From an uncultured Gammaproteobacteria bacterium (lineage in GTDB: Bacteria > Pseudomonadota > Gammaproteobacteria > Steroidobacterales > SZUA-146), in contig CAWUKD010000003.1 of the NCBI GenBank assembly GCA_963922815.1, positions 1,718-65,717 of the forward strand: a stretch of 64,000 nucleotides of DNA, read 5' to 3'. The translations under genes and the position numbers were made by a program. Of this stretch, positions 1 through 8,623 are shown one piece after another. Under the pieces are notes generated by a model. That model saw only the letters and a program-made list of their open reading frames with translations, had not been told where the DNA came from and did not search any database. Each line of letters starts with the position of its first letter. Position 1 is the first letter of the stretch.

Positions 1-2
1 AG

Positions 3-275
3 ATCGCTCTGGATACCCCGGCCACTCCGAACCCAAGCGACACTAACGTGCGACACAGCATCGAGGACCTGATGGCAGGGCTGCCAACGGGCGACGAGTT
101 TACAGAAACGTCGACCCGCGATACCGAGGATTTCTATCATCTGGAGGCGTCGAGCATCATGAATGTGGACGCGCTGGAGTTTGAAAAAGACGCCGACGAC
201 GAAACCAACATTCTGCGTTTCCGGCAGCGGAACATTCGCACCGGAACCGACGATGGCTCCGGGGACGAAGACTAG
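3..275 (+). CDS. 3' end of an unidentified CDS entering from upstream of the window (very acidic C-terminal tail)
   Basis: Frame 3 is open from base 3 with no stop until TAG 273-275. The track's M at 48 is an internal GTG. It is followed by a strong terminator hairpin. Family not recognised. Confidence 0.5.
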   Translation: MALDTPATPNPSDTNVRHSIEDLMAGLPTGDEFTETSTRDTEDFYHLEASSIMNVDALEFEKDADDETNILRFRQRNIRTGTDDGSGDED

Positions 276-300
276 GAGACTGCCGCCGGCGTCACCAAAC

Positions 301-328
301 AAAAAAACCGGCCATGGCCGGTTTTTTT
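301..328. terminator. Bidirectional Rho-independent terminator
   Basis: A7-CCGGCCATGGCCGG-T7: a perfect palindromic GC stem flanked by an A-run and a T-run. It lies between convergent CDS ends at 275 and 368. Confidence 0.85.
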
Positions 329-367
329 ATTGTTGGAACACGATGCAGTATTGAGTCCGGCATTAGC

Positions 368-2623
368 CTAGTCTTTGACCAGTACGCTAAGCCGGGTCAC
401 CTTGCGATAGTTTTTCGAAAGCAGCGAGCCCCGACGTCCGCGTTGACCAATGTAGTGCTCCTGATCAGCAGGTTTAATGGACATTACACGATCCCCGCAG
501 TGCACCCGCAGCACGTCATCACCCACGAGGATGACCATACTCATCATGAACTCTTCGCCGGACGCTACGCGTTTCGGTGGTATCGACAGAATCTTGTTGC
601 CTTTGCCGCGGGTAAGCTCCGGAAGCTCTTCCAAAGGAAAGATCAGCAGGCGTCCTTCATTACTAACGGCAGCCAGCCAGCACTCCTCGTCGGGCTCTAC
701 CGGACAGGCAGGCACAACCGTCGCCCCTTTGGGTACGGTTAGTACGGACTTGCCGGCCTTGTTGCGCGAATAAAAATCTTCGAGCTTGCCTACGAATCCG
801 TAGCCGGCGCTGCTTGCCAGCACATAGCGCTGTTCCGGATCGCCGGTCATTACCGATCTGAATTGCGCACCGTCTGCCGGCCTGAATCGTCCGGCCAAAG
901 GCTCGCCCTGCCCCCGCGCAGATGGCAACGTATGGGATATCGACGTGTAAGCCTTGCCTCGACTATCCAGAAAAACCGCGTTCTGGTTACTCTTGCCCTT
1001 CGAAGCCGCGAGGAAGGTGTCCCCGGCTTTGTACGACAGCTGAGTCGGATCAACCTCATGCCCTTTGGCGGCCCGGGCAAAACCTCGCTCACTCAGAACC
1101 ACCGTCACCGGTTCGCTGGGAATCAGCTGCGTTTCGTCTATGGCTTTGGCAACCGGGCGATCAACAATCACACTGCGCCGGTCGTCACCATACTTTTCAA
1201 CGTCATGCACCAGCTCTTCACGAATCAGTTTGCGTAGCTTCGCTTTGCTGTTGAGAATTCCTTTCAGGATTTTACGTTCGGCCTCGAGCTCTTTTTGCTC
1301 GCCCTTGATCTTCATTTCCTCAAGCTTGGCCAGGTGACGCAGCTTAAGTTCAAGTATGGCTTCGGCCTGCAGATCGCTGATCTTGAAGCGCTTCATGAGG
1401 ACCGGCTTGGGATCATCGTGTTTGCGAATAATGGCGATCACTTCGTCAATATTCAAAAACGCAACGAGCAAACCCTCGAGCTGCTCCAATCGAAATTCGA
1501 CTTTATCCAAACGGAAATTCAGGCGCCGTGTGACCGTGTCTTTGCGGAACGTTAACCACGCCTGCAGCATAGACTTGAGATCCATCACTCTGGGCTTGCC
1601 ATCAAGCCCGATCACGTTGAAATTGACCCTGGCCGTTTTCTCAAGATCTGTCGTCGCGAATAAATGAGACATCAGCGCCTCTTTATCGACCCGATTGGAA
1701 CGCGGAATAATCACAATTCGAATGGCGCTTTCGTGATCAGATTCGTCGCGCAGGTCATCCACCATCGGCAGTTTCTTGGCACGCATTTGCGACGCAATCT
1801 GCTCGAGAACCTTGCCCGGTGAAATCTGGTAAGGAAGCTCGCTGACGACAATATTGCCATCCTCAATGGTATACACGCCCCGCATACGCACGGTACCGGT
1901 ACCGGTCGCGTACATCTCGCGCAGCTCTTCTTCCGAATTGATAATCTCGCCGCCACTGGGATAGTCCGGACCTTTGACCAGCGTGCACAGGTCATCGAGT
2001 GACGTGCGCGGCGCGTCCAGTAATTTCACACAGGCAGCAACCACTTCCCTCATGTTGTGAGGCGCGATATCGGTAGACATACCCACGGCAATGCCGCTGG
2101 CCCCATTGAGCAAGACGTTTGGCAGTCGCGCGGGCAGCAACAGCGGTTCTTTTAGCGTGCCATCAAAGTTGGGCTGCCAGTCTGTTGTGCCCTGGGCCAA
2201 CTCGCTTAGCAACGTGGCCGCATAAGGCATCAGCTTGGATTCGGTGTAGCGCATGGCCGCAAATGACTTGGGATCATCAGGCGATCCCCAGTTTCCCTGA
2301 CCGTCAACGATAGGGTAGCGATACGAAAACGGCTGTGCCATGTGCACCATGGCTTCATAGCACGCCGAATCGCCGTGAGGGTGAAACTTGCCGATCACGT
2401 CACCCACAGTACGCGCCGATTTCTTGTGCTTGGAGCTGGCCGACAGACCGAGCTCGCTCATAGCGTAAATAATGCGTCGCTGCACCGGCTTAAGCCCGTC
2501 ACAGACGTGCGGCAGCGCGCGATCGAGCACGACGTACATCGAGTAATCGAGATAGGCCTGCTCGGTAAAGTCCTTGATCGGGCGAGACTCTAACGACTGA
2601 AAATCAAATTCCTGATTCTTCAT
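368..2623 (-). CDS. parC: DNA topoisomerase IV subunit A
   Basis: 751 aa. Type IIA topoisomerase A-subunit motifs are present (HPHGD, catalytic-Tyr motif AAMRYTE). The size fits ParC rather than GyrA. It lies 21 nt downstream of parE. Confidence 0.93.
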   Translation of the reverse strand: MKNQEFDFQSLESRPIKDFTEQAYLDYSMYVVLDRALPHVCDGLKPVQRRIIYAMSELGLSASSKHKKSARTVGDVIGKFHPHGDSACYEAMVHMAQPFSYRYPIVDGQGNWGSPDDPKSFAAMRYTESKLMPYAATLLSELAQGTTDWQPNFDGTLKEPLLLPARLPNVLLNGASGIAVGMSTDIAPHNMREVVAACVKLLDAPRTSLDDLCTLVKGPDYPSGGEIINSEEELREMYATGTGTVRMRGVYTIEDGNIVVSELPYQISPGKVLEQIASQMRAKKLPMVDDLRDESDHESAIRIVIIPRSNRVDKEALMSHLFATTDLEKTARVNFNVIGLDGKPRVMDLKSMLQAWLTFRKDTVTRRLNFRLDKVEFRLEQLEGLLVAFLNIDEVIAIIRKHDDPKPVLMKRFKISDLQAEAILELKLRHLAKLEEMKIKGEQKELEAERKILKGILNSKAKLRKLIREELVHDVEKYGDDRRSVIVDRPVAKAIDETQLIPSEPVTVVLSERGFARAAKGHEVDPTQLSYKAGDTFLAASKGKSNQNAVFLDSRGKAYTSISHTLPSARGQGEPLAGRFRPADGAQFRSVMTGDPEQRYVLASSAGYGFVGKLEDFYSRNKAGKSVLTVPKGATVVPACPVEPDEECWLAAVSNEGRLLIFPLEELPELTRGKGNKILSIPPKRVASGEEFMMSMVILVGDDVLRVHCGDRVMSIKPADQEHYIGQRGRRGSLLSKNYRKVTRLSVLVKD

Positions 2624-2644
2624 GAATACAACCGGGTGTTACCG

Positions 2645-4534
2645 TTAAAAGATATCGGCGAGATCGCCTTTTTTCTGCAGCCAGGTCTTGCGATCGCCAG
2701 CGCGTTTCTTGGATAGCAGCATGTCGAACATTTTGTCTGCCCCGTCTTTGGAATCGATCGTCAATCGAACCAGACGACGCGTGTCCGCGTGCATTGCAGT
2801 TTCCCGCAGTTGTTTCGGATTCATCTCGCCCAGTCCTTTAAATCGGGTGACCGAGACCTTTCCTTTCATTTTCTCTTGTTCAATGCGTGCAAGAATGTGT
2901 TCACGTTCGGCGTCATCCAGCGCGTAAAACACCTGCTTGCCAACGTCTACCCTGAACAGCGGCGGCATGGCCACGAAAATGTGCCCGTTCTCCACCAGTG
3001 GTCGGAAGTGCCTGAGGAAGAGCGCGCACAGCAGGGCCGCAATATGCAGTCCGTCGGAGTCGGCGTCGGCGAGAATACAGATCTTGTGATATCGCAATCC
3101 GCCGATGTCTGATGCCCCCGGTTCTACGCCAATCGCCACGCTGATGTCGTGGACCTCCTGGGAACCCAGCACCTGATTAACCGATACTTCCCAGGTATTC
3201 AGGATCTTGCCACGCAAAGGCATGATGGCCTGCGTCTCGCGGTCACGCGCCTGTTTGGCCGATCCGCCGGCCGAGTCCCCTTCCACCAGGAACAGCTCGG
3301 ATAACTCGGGAGCCTGACTGGTACAGTCCGCCAGTTTGCCCGGCAACGCAGGGCCCGTCGTGATTTTCTTGCGAACAACTTTCTTGCTGGCCTGAATCCG
3401 TCGCTGAGCCTTGGCAATAACCATGGTAGCAATGGCATCGCCGGTTTCGACGTGCTGATTCAACCACAAACTGAAGTCGTCCTTGATAATGGAAGAGACA
3501 AAGCCTGCGACTTCACGAGACGAGAGCCTGTCCTTGGTCTGACCGGTAAACTGTGGCTCGCGAACCTTAACGGACAGCACAAAACTCAACCGGTCCCAAA
3601 CGTCTTCCGGCGATATACGAATGCCACGCGGCACCAGCGAACGCAAATCGGCATAATCGCGAATCGCTTCCGTCAAACCGGTCCGCATGCCATTGACGTG
3701 GGTGCCACCCTGATGCGTCGGAATCAGATTCACATAGCTCTCAATGACCGGATCACCCTGATCTTCGAGCCAGCACAGCGCCCACTCGGCTTCTTCGCCT
3801 TCTTTGCTGACGTCGCCTGAATACAAGCCCGCCGGCAGTCGCTTGGGTGTATCCAGAGCCTCGTGCAGGTAGTCGTTTAACCCATCCGCGTATTTCCAGG
3901 TTTCCGTCTCACCGGTTTTCTCGTCGGTAAACGACACTTCCAGGCCGTGGCACAGCACCGCTTTGGCCCGAAGTACGTGCTTCAGACGCGGTATGGAAAA
4001 CTTCGGGGAGTCAAAGTATTTGGGATCCGGCCAGAATTGAATGGTCGTGCCGGTATTGCGCTGACCAACGCTATCGACAACTTCAAGCTTCGACGCTACG
4101 TTGCCACCCTTGAACGCCATGTTGTGCTCTTTGCCATGACGCTTGACCCAGACTTCCAGATGCTTTGACAGGGCGTTAACCACGGACACGCCGACGCCGT
4201 GCAAGCCACCTGAAAATTTGTAATTGTCTCCGGAGAACTTACCGCCAGCGTGTAGCCGGGTGAGAATAAGCTCAACGCCCGGGATCTTCATCTTCGGATG
4301 CTTATCGACCGGCATGCCGCGCCCGTTGTCAGCTACTTCGAGTCCGCCGTCCTTCAGCAGAGTCACATCTATCTTGCTGCAGTGACCTTCCAGCGCCTCA
4401 TCAACACTGTTATCAATGACTTCCTGAGCCAGGTGGTTTGGGCGGGAGGTGTCGGTGTACATGCCCGGGCGGTGGCGCACCGGGTCGAGGCCGCTAAGGA
4501 CCTCAATGTTTGACGCATCGTAAGTTTTTGCCAT
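2645..4534 (-). CDS. parE: DNA topoisomerase IV subunit B
   Basis: About 629 aa with an N-terminal GHKL ATPase and Toprim motifs (EGDSAGGSAKQ, PLRGKILN). The size fits ParE, not GyrB. I prefer the ATG at 4534 over the upstream TTG at 4543 used by the track; the start is uncertain. Confidence 0.92.
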   Translation of the reverse strand: MAKTYDASNIEVLSGLDPVRHRPGMYTDTSRPNHLAQEVIDNSVDEALEGHCSKIDVTLLKDGGLEVADNGRGMPVDKHPKMKIPGVELILTRLHAGGKFSGDNYKFSGGLHGVGVSVVNALSKHLEVWVKRHGKEHNMAFKGGNVASKLEVVDSVGQRNTGTTIQFWPDPKYFDSPKFSIPRLKHVLRAKAVLCHGLEVSFTDEKTGETETWKYADGLNDYLHEALDTPKRLPAGLYSGDVSKEGEEAEWALCWLEDQGDPVIESYVNLIPTHQGGTHVNGMRTGLTEAIRDYADLRSLVPRGIRISPEDVWDRLSFVLSVKVREPQFTGQTKDRLSSREVAGFVSSIIKDDFSLWLNQHVETGDAIATMVIAKAQRRIQASKKVVRKKITTGPALPGKLADCTSQAPELSELFLVEGDSAGGSAKQARDRETQAIMPLRGKILNTWEVSVNQVLGSQEVHDISVAIGVEPGASDIGGLRYHKICILADADSDGLHIAALLCALFLRHFRPLVENGHIFVAMPPLFRVDVGKQVFYALDDAEREHILARIEQEKMKGKVSVTRFKGLGEMNPKQLRETAMHADTRRLVRLTIDSKDGADKMFDMLLSKKRAGDRKTWLQKKGDLADIF

Positions 4535-4635
4535 GAGTTCCAACAGGGGGCTGATAAGTTTCGCCGGAAGTGTAGCGAACTCAGGGCCAATTTACGAGAT
4601 GTGCAAAGTCCGTGTGCCGCTCAGGGCACGGGCCG

Positions 4636-5220
4636 TCAGGCCAGGTCGGAGGCCAGCGACCCTCGTACTTCCGGAGACAGCTCCACGGGAGCCACGGGAT
4701 AGCGCGGATGGCTTGTTCCAAAACTCACGGGCGCACCGGATTTTACCGCTGCGATGACGTCTTCGGGCAGCTGGAACCTGAGGAAATGAACCGCTGACGT
4801 CTTCTTGTCGTCTGCGCGACTCAGGTCTTCGTCCGCGATCGCAATGACTTTTTCGCAGTCGCCAACCTGAACCCATATCTGATTTTCGATATCGAACAGC
4901 TCCACCAGCTTGGCCCGACGCTCTTCCACATCATCGTACTGGATCATCATGGTGGCCTTCCAGTTATCCCCATCCGGAATCAAAGGGTTGTACGACTCGA
5001 GCTCCTCCTCAATACCGTCGGCTTCGAAGATCTTCTCAATCCGCAGCATTTCCTGGATCTGGTATTGAATGGTGAGCCTGTTCTCGAACAACAGCAGAAC
5101 GTGATCACCCAGGTACACATCCCGGCGCTTCTTGAGGTCAAGAACCCTGGCTCGGAACGCCGGGCGTTCTTCGGCGTATTGCTCAAGTGACATTAGCGAA
5201 CTTCGTTCCAGATGGGTCAT
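4636..5220 (-). CDS. DUF3501 family protein
   Basis: 194 aa. The N-terminal LMSLEQYAEERPAFRARV...LLFENRLTIQYQIQEML pattern matches my recollection of DUF3501. It sits in the typical context next to a CCG Fe-S protein and a rubrerythrin. Confidence 0.7.
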   Translation of the reverse strand: MTHLERSSLMSLEQYAEERPAFRARVLDLKKRRDVYLGDHVLLLFENRLTIQYQIQEMLRIEKIFEADGIEEELESYNPLIPDGDNWKATMMIQYDDVEERRAKLVELFDIENQIWVQVGDCEKVIAIADEDLSRADDKKTSAVHFLRFQLPEDVIAAVKSGAPVSFGTSHPRYPVAPVELSPEVRGSLASDLA

Positions 5221-5253
5221 ACGTAAATTCCTGTTAACAGTGACTCGTAATAC

Positions 5254-6594
5254 CTAGATACCGTACGCGGTGCGCAACAGTTTCAGCGGATGAGTCGGAG
5301 GGGTCTTTTCTTTCATCACACTCTCGATCTGATGTCCGGCCATCGGACAGTCAGAGGCATAGTGATCCGGATCGGCTTTATTGATTCGGGTGACGACCGG
5401 TCGGCAAATCTTGACCGCCGCTTCACGAAACTCCTTTTTGACACCATAGGTGCCATCGTGTCCGGAGCAACGCTCGATAACCTCAACCGTGGTATCCGGA
5501 ACCAGCGCCAGCATATCGCGCGTTTTTAGCCCGATATTCTGTACGCGCAGATGGCAGGCAGCGTGGTAGGCCACCTTTCCGAGGGGTTTTGCAAAATTTG
5601 TATTCAGATGACCCGACTTGTGTCTGAGCAACAGGTACTCAAACGGATCAAACATGGCTTTCTGAACCTTGAGCACCAGCGGATCGTCCGGAAACATCAG
5701 CGGCAGCTCCTGTTTGAACATCAGCACGCAGGATGGAACCGGTCCCACAATGTCGTACCCCTGATCAACCAGTGCCGCCAACGCCGGCACGTTGACGTCC
5801 TTGGCTCTGGCAACACTCTCGAGGTCACCCAGTTCAAATTTGGGCATGCCGCAGCACTGTTCTTTATCGGCCAGCGTAACTTCAATGCCGTTGTGCTCGA
5901 ATATGGCCTTGAGATCATGTCCCAGATCCGGCTCGTTGCGGTTGCCGTAACACGTGGCAAACAGCGCCACTTTGCCGGTGGTGGTGTCGTTGGCAACAGG
6001 AGCCGAAGTTGGACCTGGTGATTTCACCGCCGTTTTTCTAAACGACCTGGAATGATATTCCGGCACCGGAGCGTCCTGAGCAATACCCAGCGTCTTATCG
6101 AGAAGCTTGCGCCCGACACCCGTCTTGTTAAACGCGTTAACCGTCTGCGCAATTACCGGAATGCCTGCCAGACTGCCCACTTTGTCGGTACTCGCCAGAA
6201 TGCGATTGCGACGCGATGTGCCTTCGGCTTTGAACTTGAACGCCTTGGCACGAAGCATTAAGTGAGGGAAATCAACGTTCCATTCATGCGGTGGCACGTA
6301 TGGACACTTGGACATGTAACACATGTCGCACAGGAAACAGTGATCAACTACATCCCAGTAGACCGGCTTTGGAACGCCGTCTACTTCCATCGTGTCCGAC
6401 TCATCCACCGCATCAAACAACGTGGGGAATGAATTACACAAGTTAAAGCAACGACGGCAGCCGTGACAAATATCGAACACCCGTTCAAGTTCATTGAACA
6501 AGCTTTCTTCGTTATAAAACTCGTCGTCCTTCCACTTCAGTGGATGACGCGTTGGTGCTTCCAGACTGCCCTCACGGCGATGTGAGCCTGACAT
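5254..6594 (-). CDS. (Fe-S)-binding protein, HdrD/GlpC-like (two ferredoxin-type 4Fe-4S motifs + CCG cysteine-rich domains)
   Basis: 446 aa. It has CHGCRRCFNLC and CFLCDMCYMSKCP cluster motifs, and downstream Cys-rich segments (QCCGMP, PSCVLM, RCSGHDG) typical of CCG domains. Confidence 0.8.
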   Translation of the reverse strand: MSGSHRREGSLEAPTRHPLKWKDDEFYNEESLFNELERVFDICHGCRRCFNLCNSFPTLFDAVDESDTMEVDGVPKPVYWDVVDHCFLCDMCYMSKCPYVPPHEWNVDFPHLMLRAKAFKFKAEGTSRRNRILASTDKVGSLAGIPVIAQTVNAFNKTGVGRKLLDKTLGIAQDAPVPEYHSRSFRKTAVKSPGPTSAPVANDTTTGKVALFATCYGNRNEPDLGHDLKAIFEHNGIEVTLADKEQCCGMPKFELGDLESVARAKDVNVPALAALVDQGYDIVGPVPSCVLMFKQELPLMFPDDPLVLKVQKAMFDPFEYLLLRHKSGHLNTNFAKPLGKVAYHAACHLRVQNIGLKTRDMLALVPDTTVEVIERCSGHDGTYGVKKEFREAAVKICRPVVTRINKADPDHYASDCPMAGHQIESVMKEKTPPTHPLKLLRTAYGI

Positions 6595-6674
6595 ACACGA
6601 CCCCTAACGTTGTACCGGCGATTCGGCCGGTGTAAATCCGATACTTTTAGAATGCGCTGAGCCTGTCTTAATCA

Positions 6675-6701
6675 AGAACGGGTGGCTGCGCCACCCGTTC
6701 T
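6675..6701 (-). terminator. Perfect 10-11 bp hairpin between the rubrerythrin and Fe-S genes (possible terminator or attenuator)
   Basis: GAACGGGTGG-ctgcg-CCACCCGTTC. On the minus strand it is followed by TTGATTAAG, only a weak U-tract. Confidence 0.45.
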
Positions 6702-6781
6702 CAAGGACTTTAGCCGGGTCCTGCGCTTTCGCTCAGAGGCCCGACTCGACTCATCCAGGAAGTCTCACGAAAGGAGACTAC

Positions 6782-7201
6782 TCAGGCGTCCAGATTGTCC
6801 AATGCTTTCTGGAAGCGATTGGCGTGCGAGCGCTCGGCTTTTGCCAGCGTTTCGAACCAGTCGGCAATTTCGTCAAAGCCTTCATCACGAGCGGCTTTGG
6901 CCATGCCCGGATACATATCGGTGTATTCGTGGGTTTCTCCGGCAATAGCCGCTTTGAGGTTGTCTGCCGTCATACCGATGGGCAAACCAGTCGCCGGATC
7001 ACCGGTTTCTTCCAGATACTCGAGGTGCCCGTGCGCGTGGCCCGTTTCGCCTTCAGCAGTCGAACGGAACACGGTGGCAACGTCGTTATACCCTTCGACG
7101 TCGGCTTTTGCCGCGAAATAAAGGTATCGGCGATTAGCCTGAGATTCACCTGAAAACGCGTCTTTAAGATTTTGTTCAGTCTTGCTACCGCTAAGGGACA
7201 T
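6782..7201 (-). CDS. Rubrerythrin-family diiron protein lacking the rubredoxin-like domain
   Basis: 139 aa. It has two ExxH diiron motifs (EGETGH, AERSH) plus the paired Glu residues (GESQA, GETHE). The protein contains no cysteine, so there is no FeCys4 domain. Confidence 0.85.
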   Translation of the reverse strand: MSLSGSKTEQNLKDAFSGESQANRRYLYFAAKADVEGYNDVATVFRSTAEGETGHAHGHLEYLEETGDPATGLPIGMTADNLKAAIAGETHEYTDMYPGMAKAARDEGFDEIADWFETLAKAERSHANRFQKALDNLDA

Positions 7202-7227
7202 GTCGTAATCCTCTGTTGCTATCTACA

Positions 7228-7270
7228 AATGGCCATTACATAATGGTCTTAGATAGGTTCTAAGCCTATC
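7228..7270. promoter_or_regulatory. Cluster of inverted repeats in the rubrerythrin/xseB divergent promoter region (candidate operator)
   Basis: Three elements: AATGGCCATT (7228-7237, perfect palindrome); overlapping CCATTA-ca-TAATGG (7233-7246); and GATAGG-n7-CCTATC (7252-7270). Confidence 0.4.
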
Positions 7271-7374
7271 TTAAGTCCAAGATTCAATCAATCAGTTTAC
7301 ACTCTATCTATGCGCAATTGACCCCCGAATGCGGGCTGTGTAGTTTAGTCGCGCATCAACGTGGAGATTGGTCT

Positions 7375-7608
7375 GTGGCAGCAAAAAACACAACGAAAAA
7401 ACCCGAGTTCGAACAATCGCTTAAAAAACTTGAAGGGATTGTCGAACAACTTGAGAGCGGAGACTTGCCGCTGGAGAAGGCGGTAAAACAGTGGGAAGAA
7501 GGTATGAAGCTGCGCGATTCCTGCGAAAAAATATTGGCGAAGACTCAACAAAAAGTAGACGTACTGCTTAACAAGAGCGGCGATACCGAGCCTTTCGACA
7601 ACGACTAG
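7375..7608 (+). CDS. xseB: Exodeoxyribonuclease VII small subunit
   Basis: The [26 protein letters not shown] motif is typical of XseB. I prefer the GTG at 7375, preceded by GGAG at 7363-7366, over the track start at 7318. Confidence 0.85.
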   Translation: MAAKNTTKKPEFEQSLKKLEGIVEQLESGDLPLEKAVKQWEEGMKLRDSCEKILAKTQQKVDVLLNKSGDTEPFDND

Positions 7609-7636
7609 GCGGACGCGTTATTTCAGAGCAAAACAT

Positions 7637-8437
7637 ATGACCACCAAATCGACCGACATTGAAGACGTTCAGAACCGGGCGGACACCCGCCAGATACCCA
7701 TCCACAAAGTGGGTATCAAGGATATTGAACACCCGGTTCGCGTGCTGGACCGCAGTGGTGGCGAACAGTCCACCGTTGCAAGATTCAACATGTTCGTGGA
7801 GCTGCCTCATAACTTCAAGGGCACTCACATGTCGAGGTTCGTGGAAATTCTCGAAGAAAACGACACGGAAATATCCGTCCACTCGTTCCGCGATATCGTA
7901 ACCCGCATGCGCGATCGACTCGAAGCCGCTCGCGGCCATCTGGAAATGACTTTCCCGTATTTTATGAAGAAAAGCGCACCTGTATCCGGCGTGCAAAGCC
8001 TCATGAACTATCAGGTTACATTGATTGGCGACTGTAGCGAAAACCGCTGCGACATCACCACCAAGGTAACCGTACCTGTGACAAGCCTCTGCCCGTGCTC
8101 GAAAGGTATTTCAGACTACGGTGCCCACAATCAGCGTTCGCACATTACGATTTCTGCGCAAACCAGTGAATTCGTCTGGCTCGAGGAGTTTGTTGATATC
8201 GCTGAACGCCAGGCCTCCAGCGAACTGTACGGCATCCTGAAACGCCCCGACGAGAAACTGGTGACCGAACGCGCCTACGACAACCCGAAGTTTGTCGAAG
8301 ATCTGGTACGGGATATTGCGGTTGAATTGAATAACGATACGCGAATTATTGCGTATACGGTAGAAGCCGAAAACTTCGAGTCGATCCACAATCATTCAGC
8401 CTATGCGCTGATTGAACGGGACAAGCGCACCGACTAA
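7637..8437 (+). CDS. folE2: GTP cyclohydrolase IB (FolE2 type)
   Basis: 266 aa. The N-terminal [25 protein letters not shown] and GTHMSRF motifs are as in FolE2/MptA-family enzymes. Confidence 0.85.
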   Translation: MTTKSTDIEDVQNRADTRQIPIHKVGIKDIEHPVRVLDRSGGEQSTVARFNMFVELPHNFKGTHMSRFVEILEENDTEISVHSFRDIVTRMRDRLEAARGHLEMTFPYFMKKSAPVSGVQSLMNYQVTLIGDCSENRCDITTKVTVPVTSLCPCSKGISDYGAHNQRSHITISAQTSEFVWLEEFVDIAERQASSELYGILKRPDEKLVTERAYDNPKFVEDLVRDIAVELNNDTRIIAYTVEAENFESIHNHSAYALIERDKRTD

Positions 8438-8623
8438 ACGGCCGGGCACGAACCAGCACCGACAATAAGACGGCGACCCTGAAATCAGGTGTGAAATTTG
8501 ACGATCTCTCGCTCGCGAGGGCGTCTGGGGTGAAACACCATCGCCTATCAGTCTGGCTATCACCAGGCGTGGCCCGGCATCTGACCGAAAACCCGTTTCA
8601 GCGTATCTAAAACGGCTACCTAA

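Noticed and set aside
7228-7246. Assigning the palindromes to a Fur, Zur or PerR box
   Set aside because: The arm orientation and sequence (CCATTA..TAATGG) do not match the consensus boxes as I recall them. I report them only as an unassigned candidate operator.
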